Shown: in pieces, positions 1 through 9,740 of the stretch
Position numbering within the stretch: the stretch's first letter is position 1
How the letters are laid out: each line of letters begins with the position of its first letter
DNA from: Nannocystales bacterium
GTDB taxonomy: Bacteria > Myxococcota_A > Polyangia > Nannocystales > Nannocystaceae
DNA length: 64,000 nt
NCBI GenBank assembly: GCA_050633305.1
Contig: JBOEGF010000002.1
Location: forward strand, 64,001 to 128,000
Direction: 5' to 3'
Translations under genes and position numbers: made by a program
The notes under the pieces: generated by a model
The model's database searches: none
Told to the model about the DNA's origin: nothing
What the model saw: only the letters and a program-made list of their open reading frames with translations

Positions 1-252
1 GAAGACCAGCGGCGGCGCGGCGCGATACCGCAGCCGCCTCGAGCGTCTGTAGCCCTGGCCATGGACCGGCCCCGCCCCCGTGACGGATCCGCGTGCCTCG
101 CAGGAGGCCGGCTCCTTTACAAGGACCCGCTGCAGGGCAACCATCTTTGCCGACACTCCTTCCAAGAAATGGACAGCCGTATTGATCCGTGGCTGTACTA
201 CCTTACCGTGGGGGACGCGGACAAACTGCTCACCCAGCTTCAAGCAGTATAG
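1..252 (+). CDS. Possible 3' end of a hypothetical CDS entering from the left edge
   Basis: Frame 1 is open from base 1 to TAG at 250-252 (...DPWLYYLTVGDADKLLTQLQAV); no recognisable motif. Confidence 0.3.
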   Translation, partial: EDQRRRGAIPQPPRASVALAMDRPRPRDGSACLAGGRLLYKDPLQGNHLCRHSFQEMDSRIDPWLYYLTVGDADKLLTQLQAV

Positions 253-478
253 CGGGCACTACAGACGGACGGGATTGACGAGGACGCTCCGTGTCAGAGG
301 CCGAGGCGCGCCCACCCAACGTCCCGGAGAGGCGGTCCCTTTCTTGCTCTCGTCGACCGCGGTTTTCGGAGTCCTCGAGTCGCTCTACATCGACCGCAGA
401 TTCCTCGCGCACTCCAGATCACCAAGCTCGACCGCCGCGGAGTCACAGATCCTCTGCCGACCATGGAAGGATCAATGG

Positions 479-1963
479 CTACAAGACCCCAGAGAGAGTC
501 GCGAGGTTTGGCGAGAAGTGCGAAGGCTGCCCGGACCCATTCGGTACTGAACGTGAAGGCGATTCACTCGCTCTTGCCGCTCTCCGTGTTCGAGACCTGC
601 GTCTGCGAAGGAGCCCGATCACGACCAGCGCCAGCCAACCCCTGCCCTGAGTGGGATGGGTGCTGCAACCGCCGTTCCCACCTGTCTCGGAGCCTTCGGC
701 CGGTGAAGCTCCGGACTCCGTGGCTTCCTCCCCGGGCGTTTCTGCCATGGGTTCATCGGAGTCTCCCGTGCTTCCTCCGGTCTCGCCGGGTTCTCCTGTA
801 CTGGTGCCCGGCGTTGGAGTCGGCGGATCTCCGATGACAACCGTGACCTCGTCCGACTCCGACTCGTTCCCTCCCCAGTCGCGAGCGATCGCGGTCAGCA
901 TCCATGCCCCTTCAGGGAGCTCGACATCGAACTCATAGGGGGCCTCGGTTCGCTCGTTTGGTAGCACCTCACCGTTGATCGAGAGCCGAACATCGTGGAC
1001 GCCCAGCCCAACTCCATCGTCGGCAACGGCATGGACCATCACCGTCGCGGGAGCATCCGAGTAGCTCGCGTCTGCTCCCGGGCTCTCGATGGCGACGCTG
1101 GGAGCTGATGCGTCGGAGCTGCACACCCCCGCGTCGCCGCCAAGCGGCCCATCTCTGCACTCCAGACCGATCCAGGTTCCGAAGTCATCAGCGTCTCCGG
1201 CGAAGAACCCTTGGCAGTCCGGCCCGGGTTCGGGAAACCCATCTGCGTCGTGGCAGGGCGATACATCGATGCCCGTCACGTCCTCGATCCATGGGACCCG
1301 GTCTGCAAGGGTCAGGTAGGTTGCCAGTCCACCACAGCTGGCGCCGGAGGCGATCCCCAGTGTGCGCCAAGAACCATCCGCCATCCGCAGGAAGGCAGGA
1401 GATCCTTCATCTCCAGCACAGGGGCCCGCCTCTCCATCGAAGTCGATGATCCCGGTGTTGTGGAGTGCGTTCACCGTGACCGAGGCTGCCCGCTTCGTAC
1501 GATTGGGCTCCGTTCCGATGTCGCCGAACCCGACGATCGTGACCTCGGTCCCGACCTCGACACCGAGTGTTTCGCACCCGAACAGCGGGGGCGCGTACGG
1601 AAGGTCGACCGGCCGCTCGAGAGTGCAGACCCCGAAGGGGCCGTCGAAGTGACAGTTGGTCGCCGATGTGCTGACGTACAACCCCGGGTTTGGTGGGAAG
1701 CCCCCCGCGGCGAACCCGAACGAGAACAGATACGATTCCACCGTGGGAAAGAGCAGCTCAAGGCCTCCGGTCAGGACGACGACCCGAGGGTGAATGAGGA
1801 CGGCTGCGAGGCTGGTGCTGCCTACTGACGCTCGAGCGGCCGAAGGCCACGCGCAGGGGTCGACGTCGCCGCCCCCGACAATCGTCTGCGGGTCAGACTC
1901 CGCGTTGAGGTCAGCTTGGCCGACGAGTGCGAGGAGAGCGGCGCTAAAGGTCCCGAAGAGCAT
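479..1963 (-). CDS. Trypsin-like (S1) protease homologue, probably inactive, with Ig-like domain and MYXO-CTERM anchor
   Basis: Signal peptide, IVGG mature start, LIHPRVV, GPCAGDEGSP (GDSGGP-like), Ig-like SVAIESP...APYEF...LTAIARDWGGN, C-terminal GGCS...WLALVVIGLLRRRR. Confidence 0.85.
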   Translation of the reverse strand: MLFGTFSAALLALVGQADLNAESDPQTIVGGGDVDPCAWPSAARASVGSTSLAAVLIHPRVVVLTGGLELLFPTVESYLFSFGFAAGGFPPNPGLYVSTSATNCHFDGPFGVCTLERPVDLPYAPPLFGCETLGVEVGTEVTIVGFGDIGTEPNRTKRAASVTVNALHNTGIIDFDGEAGPCAGDEGSPAFLRMADGSWRTLGIASGASCGGLATYLTLADRVPWIEDVTGIDVSPCHDADGFPEPGPDCQGFFAGDADDFGTWIGLECRDGPLGGDAGVCSSDASAPSVAIESPGADASYSDAPATVMVHAVADDGVGLGVHDVRLSINGEVLPNERTEAPYEFDVELPEGAWMLTAIARDWGGNESESDEVTVVIGDPPTPTPGTSTGEPGETGGSTGDSDEPMAETPGEEATESGASPAEGSETGGNGGCSTHPTQGRGWLALVVIGLLRRRRSRTRRAARASESPSRSVPNGSGQPSHFSPNLATLSGVL

Positions 1964-2090
1964 CAGGCCGCCGTTCGTTCAAGCCGCGACAGGCGCGCGC
2001 GCGAAGGGAGGAGATTATGGGATGTACACGCACTCATGGGCTACGGTGGATAAGAGTCGCGAGCACCCGCTCCGGATTCAGCCGAGACCG

Positions 2091-2285
2091 AAAAATCGCG
2101 AGCACAGGCACGCCCGCGAGCGCGAGGTCGGCTGCGTGCGTGTGCCGCAAGCCTTGCGGGTGAACGCGCCGCTCTAGGCCGGCTCGCTTGGCCAGCCGCG
2201 GCAGCAGGTGTCGGGCGTAGCTCGGGTCAGTCGCTGTTCCTTTGAGGGTGCAGAGCAGCGGGGCCCCCTCTCCGACCGCCTCCCT
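2091..2285 (-). pseudogene. Tyrosine recombinase/phage integrase fragment
   Basis: APLLCTLKG...RLAKRAGLERRVHPQGLRHTHAADLALAGVPVLAI matches the H-x-L-R-H box; N-terminus and the catalytic His/Tyr region are missing. Confidence 0.8.
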
Positions 2286-2339
2286 AGCAGGCAGAGAGTT
2301 TCCGTTCTTTCGACTTCGGGGCGACGACGCGAGGCTGTT

Positions 2340-2365
2340 CAAATCGGAAATCGATTTCCGATTTG
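2340..2365. repeat. Perfect 26-bp palindrome inside a longer imperfect hairpin
   Basis: CAAATCGGAAATCGATTTCCGATTTG is its own reverse complement; flanked by CTTCGGGG (~2314) and CCCCGAAG (~2392). Confidence 0.9.
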
Positions 2366-2473
2366 GCCGGGAAAACCGATGCGCAAAGGCACCCCGAAGC
2401 TCCAACCTGAGCCGCACTCGACGTCGTGTATGCGGCGGCGGGTCGAGAGAGCACCCGAGCCTCCACGAACGGT

Positions 2474-3049
2474 TCAGCGTGTCAGCGTGAACTCGAAGAC
2501 CCAGCCATCTTCGCCGCCCAGGTTGCCTTCACCGTGTACATCGATCGGATCGGTCGCTTCGACCGGCCACGCGTTGACCTGCAGGGCGCCCTGTCCTTCG
2601 TTGTTGGCAGTGTCGTGTGCAAACGCGCCATCGCCCTCGACGAACGTGTACGACAGACCGGCGTCGGTGACCTCACCTGAAAGCGGCTCGCCGAAGTCGG
2701 TCGCCATGTCGTAGGTCCCGGCCTCGGGGACCTGGAGACTGAGCAGGTTGCGCCAGTCCGCGCCATCCTTCTCGCCCCAACGCAGCTCGAGCGACCAGCC
2801 GTCTTGCCGCTCAATCAAGCACGAGGCTCCAAGCATGGAGACCTCCCGGTCCTCACCGAACACGCGATGGACGATGAACTCCACTTGCAGGTCGTCGTAC
2901 TCGGCCCCCGCCGGGCCACACTCGCCGTAGTCGTCGTATCCGCCCGGTCCAGGAGACGTCGCTCCCCCCTGGAACGTGGTTTGTTCGGGCTCCTCACCCG
3001 AGTCACATCCAACGAGCAGTACCGCTGCAAGCACCATCCTATGCCACAT
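2474..3049 (-). CDS. Hypothetical lipoprotein
   Basis: MWHRMVLAAVLLVGC lipobox; acidic beta-rich body. Confidence 0.8.
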   Translation of the reverse strand: MWHRMVLAAVLLVGCDSGEEPEQTTFQGGATSPGPGGYDDYGECGPAGAEYDDLQVEFIVHRVFGEDREVSMLGASCLIERQDGWSLELRWGEKDGADWRNLLSLQVPEAGTYDMATDFGEPLSGEVTDAGLSYTFVEGDGAFAHDTANNEGQGALQVNAWPVEATDPIDVHGEGNLGGEDGWVFEFTLTR

Positions 3050-3164
3050 GCCCCGAAGCGTAGCGCAGGTCCGCCTGCGCGCCCAGGACGTGGTCCCACG
3101 GTTCCAGCGTGCGTCTCAAATCGACAGCGTCTACGCCGGCTCTCGAAGCGGTCGCTGTTCCCTC

Positions 3165-3420
3165 CAGGGCGGAGAGGCCGGGTCGCGGGTGTTCGCCTCG
3201 GATTCGGGGTCTTGCAGGCGGGGGACTTCGACTGCGACGGTAACGACGACCTCGCCATCGAGATTCCCCAGGAGGACATCGGCTCGGGTGTGAACGGAGG
3301 CGCCGTCAATATCATCTAGGGAAGCTCAGGCGGCCTGACGTCAGTCGACGACTGGTTCCACCAGAACACGAGCGGTGTCACAGAGAGCATCCAAACTTCC
3401 GACAACTTCGAGACGTGCGA
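3165..3420 (+). pseudogene. FG-GAP repeat protein fragment
   Basis: AGDFDCDGNDDLAIEIPQEDIGSGVNGGAVNII*GSSGGL...WFHQNTSGV; in-frame TAG at 3317-3319 where FG-GAP repeats have Tyr; no start codon. Confidence 0.75.
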
Positions 3421-3446
3421 GCAAGAGCCCCACGAGTGGAAGGGAG

Positions 3447-3500
3447 CTTGACAGTGTCACAGTCCGGATGACTGTTAACCAGAGATGTGACGCTGTCAAG
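3447..3500 (-). promoter_or_regulatory. Pair of TetR-type operators and a leftward sigma70-like promoter downstream of the TetR gene
   Basis: CTTGACAGTGTCAC (3447-3460) and GTGACGCTGTCAAG (3487-3500); minus strand reads TTGACA-16 nt-TAACAG. Confidence 0.6.
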
Positions 3501-3527
3501 TCGGAGGTCGAGATCTGCCTCGAATCG

Positions 3528-4109
3528 TCAGGCGAGTACGCGCGAAAGCGCCCCGACGATGCGCTGGGTCAGTCCCTCGGACTGCGCTTCGGTGAACTTG
3601 GCCGCCAGGACGCCCTCGACCAACAGCGTCGCAAAGCCGTGCACGGTGGACCAGCACAGCACCGCGAGGTCGTCGGCGGACAGCGAGAGCCCGTATCCGG
3701 CGGCCTGGGCTTCCTCGCAGAGGCGAACGAGGGTGCCAAACGCGTCCTCGGCCTCCTTGAGCGACTGCTCCTCCTTGTGCACCTCGACCAGGTCTCGCTG
3801 AAACATCACCCGGAAGTGGCCGACATGCGTGCGCGCAAAGTGCACGTAGGCGACGCCGCCCGCGGTCAGGGCCTGAAGCGCGTCATTCCCGGCGGCGGCG
3901 GCGGCCTTCCGCATCGCTTTGGCCAGCGCCTCGAACCCCTCCGTCCCGATCGCCTCGAGAATGCCCTGGTCCTTGCCGAAGTGGTGGTACGGGGCCTGAT
4001 GGCTGACCCCGGCGCGTCGGGCCACCTCTCGGAAACTCAGCGCGCGCACGCCCTTCTCGGCGATCAGGGCCACGCTCGCGTCGAGGATCTTCTGTCGCAG
4101 CTCCGACAT
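3528..4109 (-). CDS. TetR/AcrR family regulator, WHG-type C-terminal domain
   Basis: HTH LSFREVARRAGVSHQAPYHHF; CWSTVHG motif; AGGAG upstream of ATG 4109. Confidence 0.93.
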   Translation of the reverse strand: MSELRQKILDASVALIAEKGVRALSFREVARRAGVSHQAPYHHFGKDQGILEAIGTEGFEALAKAMRKAAAAAGNDALQALTAGGVAYVHFARTHVGHFRVMFQRDLVEVHKEEQSLKEAEDAFGTLVRLCEEAQAAGYGLSLSADDLAVLCWSTVHGFATLLVEGVLAAKFTEAQSEGLTQRIVGALSRVLA

Positions 4110-4137
4110 CGTTCTTCGATATCTCCTAGCGCCTCGA

Positions 4138-4190
4138 CTTGACAATGTCACGTCGGGCGCTAAATGGTCGTTCAACTAGACACTGTCTAG
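4138..4190 (+). promoter_or_regulatory. Pair of TetR operators overlapping the efflux operon promoter
   Basis: CTTGACAATGTCACG (4138-4152) and perfect inverted repeat CTAGACA-C-TGTCTAG (4176-4190); TTGACA-16 nt-TAAATG. Confidence 0.7.
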
Positions 4191-4247
4191 CGTGGAGGCA
4201 ACCGAGATGTCGTACATAATCCTACTCAGTGCTGAAGGGCGGCCGTC

Positions 4248-5351
4248 ATGACCCGCCGACAGGGGCTTCTTCTCGCTCTGCTCGGCGGCGTGCTCGTGAG
4301 CTCGGCCGGGCTCGTCCAGCGCCCCGCCCAGGCCGACGCCGAGGCCAGCGAGCCCGACGACTGGGCCCGGCGGGTTCGAGTCGAATCGGCGGATCGCCGC
4401 GAGCACCGGGAGACCGCCGTCTTTCACGGTCTCACGAGGGCGGCCGACCGCACCGCGGTGGCATTCACGATTCCGGGCCGCGTCGTGACGCGCGAGGTCG
4501 ACGTCGGGGACCGCGTCTCCAAGGGACAAGTGCTCGCGCGCCTCGATCGCAAGCCGCTGCGCATCGCCAAGAACGCGGCGCAGGCGGAGCTTCGTCGGCT
4601 CGAGGAGCAGCTGGCGCAACAGAAGCGAGACGAGTCCCGCGCCCAGGGGCTGTTCGACGAGGGCGCAGCGACGGCAGCGCAGCTCGAGAAGGCGAGGAGT
4701 GGAGCGAAGACGCTGCGCGCTGGGAAGGCGGCGGCGCTGGCCCAACTCGCCGAGCGCGGCCGGCAGCTCTCCGAAGCGGTCCTGCGAGCCCCCTTCGACG
4801 CCAACGTGACGGCGACGCTCATCGACGCTGGTCAGGTCGTCTCGCTTGGTTCACCGGTATTGCGGCTGTCCGGTCAGGATCGCAACGAGGTCGAACTCGC
4901 CGTGCCCGGACGCATCGCTGACCGTCTGCGCGCCGGAGCCACTGTCGAAGTCCGCTACTCGGACGACGCGTGGGAGTCCGTGGAAGGAACCGTCGAGCGG
5001 GTCTCTCTAGCCAGTCAGGGCGCCGGTGCCCTGTTCGCCGTAGTGATCTCGCTCGATGAGAGTGACCCCGCGCCCGTTGGCCTGCCCGTCGTCGTGGAAC
5101 TTCCGGTCGCGGTCCACGAGCGCGTGTCCGTTCCTGTGGCAGCGCTGGTCGATCCGTCGGGCCAGGACACGCACGTTTGGGTGGCGCGCGATGGCGTGGT
5201 GGACAAGCGTCCGGTCGAACTAGCCGGCATGGTGGGCGGACGTGTCCTTCTCGCCAGCGGTGTCGAGCCGAGGGAATCCGTCGTAGTCTCGGGACTCGCC
5301 CACCTGCTCCCCGGCGACCGGGTGGAGATCGACACCACGGAGGCGAACTGA
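4248..5351 (+). CDS. RND efflux periplasmic adaptor (membrane fusion protein)
   Basis: N-terminal hydrophobic anchor, GRVVTREVDVGDRVSKGQVLARLD lipoyl half-motif, coiled coil, LRAPFDA, GLAHLLPGDRV. Confidence 0.95.
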   Translation: MTRRQGLLLALLGGVLVSSAGLVQRPAQADAEASEPDDWARRVRVESADRREHRETAVFHGLTRAADRTAVAFTIPGRVVTREVDVGDRVSKGQVLARLDRKPLRIAKNAAQAELRRLEEQLAQQKRDESRAQGLFDEGAATAAQLEKARSGAKTLRAGKAAALAQLAERGRQLSEAVLRAPFDANVTATLIDAGQVVSLGSPVLRLSGQDRNEVELAVPGRIADRLRAGATVEVRYSDDAWESVEGTVERVSLASQGAGALFAVVISLDESDPAPVGLPVVVELPVAVHERVSVPVAALVDPSGQDTHVWVARDGVVDKRPVELAGMVGGRVLLASGVEPRESVVVSGLAHLLPGDRVEIDTTEAN

Positions 5352-5352
5352 C

Positions 5353-8343
5353 GTGGTGGATCTGGTCTACGCGCGTCCGCGTTTCACCTTGGCTGTAGCC
5401 CTGCTGCTATCGCTCGCCGGTCTTGCGGCGTGGTTTGTGATGCCTCGCGAGGAGGACCCCGAGCTCAGCCCGCGGTTCGGCCTGGTCGTGACCGTCTACC
5501 CGGGGGCGGACACTGAGACCGTGGAGCGGCTGGTCGCGGAGCCGCTCGAAGAGAAGCTGTCGGAGGTCGACTCGGTCACGACGATCAAGTCGACGATTCG
5601 ATCGGGCACGGTCGTCACGAGCGTGGAGCTCCGCGATGACGTGACCGCCTTCGTCGAGGCGTGGTCCGACGTGCAGGATGCCCTCGACGACGCGGAGGTC
5701 GAGTTCCCACCGGAGGTACTCGCGCCGACTCTGGACCGGCACCTCAACGAGACCGAGGGGGTCGTCTACGCGATCGCTGGCGATTCGCAGTCGATCCCCG
5801 ACATCGCCGAGGCGCTTCGCGAGCGCTTCCTCGGCGAGTCGAACGTCGCGCGAGTGCACATCACCGGCGACCCCGGCGAGCAGGTAACCGTCGACTGGAC
5901 GGCGTCCCACCGCGAGACCTATGGGCTGTCGGTTCAGCAGCTCGCGGGCACCCTGCAGCGGCGCAACGTCACGATGCCCGCCGGCTCGATCGAGGTCGGC
6001 GCCCGAGCGCTCGACGTTCGCCCGCACGCGGATTTTCGCAGCGTGGCGGAGCTCTCCAACACGCCCATCGTTCTGCCCGACGGCACCGGTGTTCAGCTCG
6101 GCGACATCACGAACGTCCGTACGATGCCGCTCGACCCGGCGACCGAACGGGCGCGGTTCGAAGGAGAGCCCACCGTGCTGGTCGGTATCGTTCCCCGTTC
6201 GGGGATCGACGTCGTCAACTTCGGCAAGCGCGCCCGGGAGATTGCGGCGCAGTTCGAGCAAGACCACCCCGGCGTCGTCCTCCACGAGATCTCGTTTCAA
6301 CCCGACAACGTCGAGGCGCGTCTGAGTGGACTCTCCCGCTCACTGCTCGTGGGCATTGGAGTTGTCGCGCTCGTGCTCGTTGTCTCGATGGGCTTTCGCC
6401 TGGGCATGGTCGTTGCGCTCGCCGTTCCCCTAGTCACCTTCGCCGCGGTCGCCCTCTACGCTGCGGGCGGAGGGATTCTTCACCAGATCGCCATCGCGGC
6501 CTTGGTCATCGCGCTCGGCCTGTTGGTCGACAACGCCATCGTCGTTGCCGAGGCGGTGCAGCGACGCTTGGACGAAGGCGTGCCGCCCAAGGACGCGGTT
6601 CGGGCCTCGGTGCGAGAACTGGCGATCCCCTTGGCGAGCGCCACGGTCACGACGTTTGCCTCGTTCGTGCCCATGCTGTTGTCCGAGGGCTCGAGCGCCG
6701 ACTTCACGCGGGCGATCCCGCTGGTCGTCATCATCACGCTCGGCGCCAGCTACTTCTACGCGCTCGTCGTCACACCTCTTCTCGCGGGGCGGTTCTTGGC
6801 CCCGCGCAAGCGCTCTGGTCCGACCTGGCTCCCCCGCATCGCGGGGGGCATCGGTCGCTTCGCCGGGCGGCGCCCTCTCATCACCCTCGCGCTGGCTAGT
6901 GTGGTGCTGATCCCCGAGGTCATCGCGGCATCGAACGTGAAGTTCAGCTTCTTCCCCAGTTCGGACCGCAACCAGATGGTCGTGCAGGTGCAGATGCCCG
7001 AGGGCACACGGCTCGGCGAGACCGATGCCGTCGCGGCTCAGCTAGAAGCCACCTTGCTTCGAGGCGCCAGCGTCACGTCCGTCACGTCCGTCACCGGGCG
7101 TGGCGTTCCGCAGTTCTACTACAACCTCAATCGCAGCCCGAGTAGCCCGCATGTCGCCGAGCTGATCGTGACCGCCGACGCCGCGTCATCGCTCGAGCGC
7201 ATCTCCTCGAAGGTGCGAGACCTCGGCCGCACCGAGTTCCCCGACGCGATCATCTTGCCCCGCCGTCTGGAGCAGGGGCCACCCGTGCCGGCGCCGGTCG
7301 AGGTCCGACTCACCGGCAGCGACTTGGGACAGCTTCACGCCGCAGCAGAGAGAGTCCGCGCGGTGCTCCGCGACACTGAAGGCGCACGCGACGTGCGGAC
7401 CGACGGCGGCCTCGGAGTCCCCGTCCTCGACCTGGCGATTGACGATGCGCACGCCGGCCGAATGGGTCTCGACCGTAGCGGCGTCTCGTTGGCGATTCTG
7501 GGACAGACGCGAGGCGTCCCCGCGGGGACGTATCGCGGCGACGACAACCCGGTGCCCGTGGTGGTCCGCGCCGCTGACGGCCCACGCACAACGTGGTCCG
7601 ACCTGACCTCGCACCCGGTGGGTGGCGTTCCCCTGTTGGAGATCACGCAGGGCAGCGTCGACATGAAGCCGGCGGTCATCCGCCATCGCAATCGTGCACG
7701 CGTCCTGTCCGTCCTGTCGGGCGTCGAACCCGACACCACGTACGACAGCGTGATCTCGGCCGCGAAACCGCGCCTGGAGGCATTGGACATGCCAGGCGTG
7801 ACGTGGACCTTCGGAGGTTCGGTGGAGACGTCGGGAGACGCCAACGCAGCGCTCGCGGGCAAGGCCGCATTCGGAGCCTTCCTACTGATCGCGGCTCTGC
7901 TAGTAGAGTTCAACTCCTTCCGTCGGGTCGCCATCGTGTTGGCCATGGGCCCGCTCGCGGCAATGGGAATCTGGCCCGGCCTCGCACTAGCGGGGCTCCC
8001 GTTCGGCTTTGTCGCGCTGCTCGGCGCGATCGCACTCATCGGCATCGTCGTCAATGCGGCCATCGTATTGATCGACCTTGCCGACCGCCGCCGGAGTGAA
8101 GGGGTTCCCGTGGTCGACGCAGTTCGCGAAGCGGTTCAGGTCCGTGCGCGACCCATCCTCCTGACCACGCTCACGACCGTGGCCGGGCTCATGCCGCTGG
8201 GCTTTTCGGAGTCCACGCTCTGGCCTCCGCTGGCCTGGGCGATGATCTCCGGTTTGCTCATCGCGACGGTGCTCTCGTTGTTCGTCGTGCCCGCGCTGTA
8301 TCGCCTACTCGTTAGCGACCTCGCTCCCAAGGAGACCGTCTGA
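5353..8343 (+). CDS. AcrB/AcrD/AcrF family RND permease
   Basis: 996 aa; PREEDP, YPGA, GLLVDNAIVVAE, RARPILLTTLTTVAGLMPL. Confidence 0.96.
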   Translation: MVDLVYARPRFTLAVALLLSLAGLAAWFVMPREEDPELSPRFGLVVTVYPGADTETVERLVAEPLEEKLSEVDSVTTIKSTIRSGTVVTSVELRDDVTAFVEAWSDVQDALDDAEVEFPPEVLAPTLDRHLNETEGVVYAIAGDSQSIPDIAEALRERFLGESNVARVHITGDPGEQVTVDWTASHRETYGLSVQQLAGTLQRRNVTMPAGSIEVGARALDVRPHADFRSVAELSNTPIVLPDGTGVQLGDITNVRTMPLDPATERARFEGEPTVLVGIVPRSGIDVVNFGKRAREIAAQFEQDHPGVVLHEISFQPDNVEARLSGLSRSLLVGIGVVALVLVVSMGFRLGMVVALAVPLVTFAAVALYAAGGGILHQIAIAALVIALGLLVDNAIVVAEAVQRRLDEGVPPKDAVRASVRELAIPLASATVTTFASFVPMLLSEGSSADFTRAIPLVVIITLGASYFYALVVTPLLAGRFLAPRKRSGPTWLPRIAGGIGRFAGRRPLITLALASVVLIPEVIAASNVKFSFFPSSDRNQMVVQVQMPEGTRLGETDAVAAQLEATLLRGASVTSVTSVTGRGVPQFYYNLNRSPSSPHVAELIVTADAASSLERISSKVRDLGRTEFPDAIILPRRLEQGPPVPAPVEVRLTGSDLGQLHAAAERVRAVLRDTEGARDVRTDGGLGVPVLDLAIDDAHAGRMGLDRSGVSLAILGQTRGVPAGTYRGDDNPVPVVVRAADGPRTTWSDLTSHPVGGVPLLEITQGSVDMKPAVIRHRNRARVLSVLSGVEPDTTYDSVISAAKPRLEALDMPGVTWTFGGSVETSGDANAALAGKAAFGAFLLIAALLVEFNSFRRVAIVLAMGPLAAMGIWPGLALAGLPFGFVALLGAIALIGIVVNAAIVLIDLADRRRSEGVPVVDAVREAVQVRARPILLTTLTTVAGLMPLGFSESTLWPPLAWAMISGLLIATVLSLFVVPALYRLLVSDLAPKETV

Positions 8344-9740
8344 TGCTCACCACGCTTCCCCTCCTGTTCCTGTTCGCCGCAGAGCCCGTGAGCGCTGACG
8401 CGTTCGCCGACCGCGTCGTCGCGAAAGCGCCTGAGATCGACGCCGCACGAGCGCGGGCAGACGAAGCCAAGCGTGCCGCCGACTCCGTTCGTGCGGCGTT
8501 CGTACCCACGCTCGACGTCACCGTTCGCGCGACTCGGATCTTCCAGCCGGACAACGGTGCGCTGGTGTCCGGCCTACCTCCGGCCGGGACGTTCGACGAC
8601 GGCGTGGCGGCGATCACCGACCCTGCTGCCCAAGCGGTCGTGGGCGGTATCGTCGACCAACTCGAAGGACTTGGTGGAGCGAGCCTTCCGGTCGTCCGCA
8701 ATCAGGCGGTGCTCTCGCTGCGGCTGACCATTCCGATCAGCGACGTCTTTACGACCATTGCGGCGGCGCATCGCGAGGCGAGGGCCGGCGCGAAGGCGCA
8801 GCAAGCGGTCGAGCGATCGACCGAGGCGGAGATCCGACTCAGAGCGCTCGAGGCCTACTACGGGTTCGTGCGGGCGAACGCGCTCGCCGACGTCGCGGCC
8901 GCGAGCGTCGACCGGGTCTCGTCGCAGGTCGAGCTCGTCGGGTCCGCGCGTCGGCTGGGTTCGGCCACGGACGCGGAGGTGCTTGCGATGCGGGCCAGGC
9001 TCGCCGAGGCTGAGATCGACCGGCTGGGCGCCAGCGCCGGGGTGGACACCGCCGCGGAGACGCTACGGGTGCTGGGTGAGTTCTCCGAAGACGCAGAGAT
9101 CGCCACCCGCGATGTGCCGGAGCTCGTGCCGTTGCGGGCGTCCCTGTCCGAGTTCAAGGGACGCGCGCGGACCAAACGACACGAACTATCGGCGGTCCGC
9201 GCCCAGACGCAGGCACGTGCCCACGCCCTCTCGCGAGCCAAGTGGGAGCGAGCGCCAAAGGTCGCTCTCATCGGCAACCTGGATACCGCACGGCCCAACC
9301 CGCTCATCGTGCCGCTGGACGATGGGTTCGCGTCCACAGGCGATGCGAGCGTGGTCGTGACGTGGTCGCCCAACGTGCTCCTGTCGGGCGCGCGCACCGT
9401 GAAGTCGCTGCGTTCATCGGTGCGAGCGTCGAACGCGGACCGGGCGGCCCTCGAACGCGCCGTCGACCTCGAAGTCTCACAAGCGTTCCACGCGTATCGC
9501 AGCGCGCACGAGATTTCCCAGCAAGCCGACGCTTTCGTCAGCGCGGCGGAGGCCCGCTATGCGGCGGAGTCGGCGAGGGTCAAAGGCGGGACGGCCACGG
9601 TCGACACCCTGCTCGACGCCGACACGGACGTGACGCGAGCGCAGGCCGCCCGCGTCGATGCTCGTGCGGCGGTGCATCTCGCGAGGGCCCGTCTCGAGCG
9701 CGCGGTCGGTGAGCTTCGAGCGGAGGACTTTCAGCGATGA
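8343..9740 (+). CDS. TolC family outer-membrane efflux protein
   Basis: Signal peptide, two OEP-like repeats (AYYGFVRA; GTATVDTLLDA...ARLERAVG); TGATG coupling to the permease. Confidence 0.9.
   Translation: MLTTLPLLFLFAAEPVSADAFADRVVAKAPEIDAARARADEAKRAADSVRAAFVPTLDVTVRATRIFQPDNGALVSGLPPAGTFDDGVAAITDPAAQAVVGGIVDQLEGLGGASLPVVRNQAVLSLRLTIPISDVFTTIAAAHREARAGAKAQQAVERSTEAEIRLRALEAYYGFVRANALADVAAASVDRVSSQVELVGSARRLGSATDAEVLAMRARLAEAEIDRLGASAGVDTAAETLRVLGEFSEDAEIATRDVPELVPLRASLSEFKGRARTKRHELSAVRAQTQARAHALSRAKWERAPKVALIGNLDTARPNPLIVPLDDGFASTGDASVVVTWSPNVLLSGARTVKSLRSSVRASNADRAALERAVDLEVSQAFHAYRSAHEISQQADAFVSAAEARYAAESARVKGGTATVDTLLDADTDVTRAQAARVDARAAVHLARARLERAVGELRAEDFQR

Noticed and set aside
2034..2430. 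Integron (integrase plus attC)
   Set aside because: Recombinase is only a fragment with no visible IntI-specific insertion; the hairpin lacks clear RYYYAAC/GTTRRRY boxes
3317..3319. Amber read-through or pyrrolysine at the FG-GAP TAG
   Set aside because: The fragment lacks a start and appears frameshifted upstream; a TAC-to-TAG nonsense change is simpler
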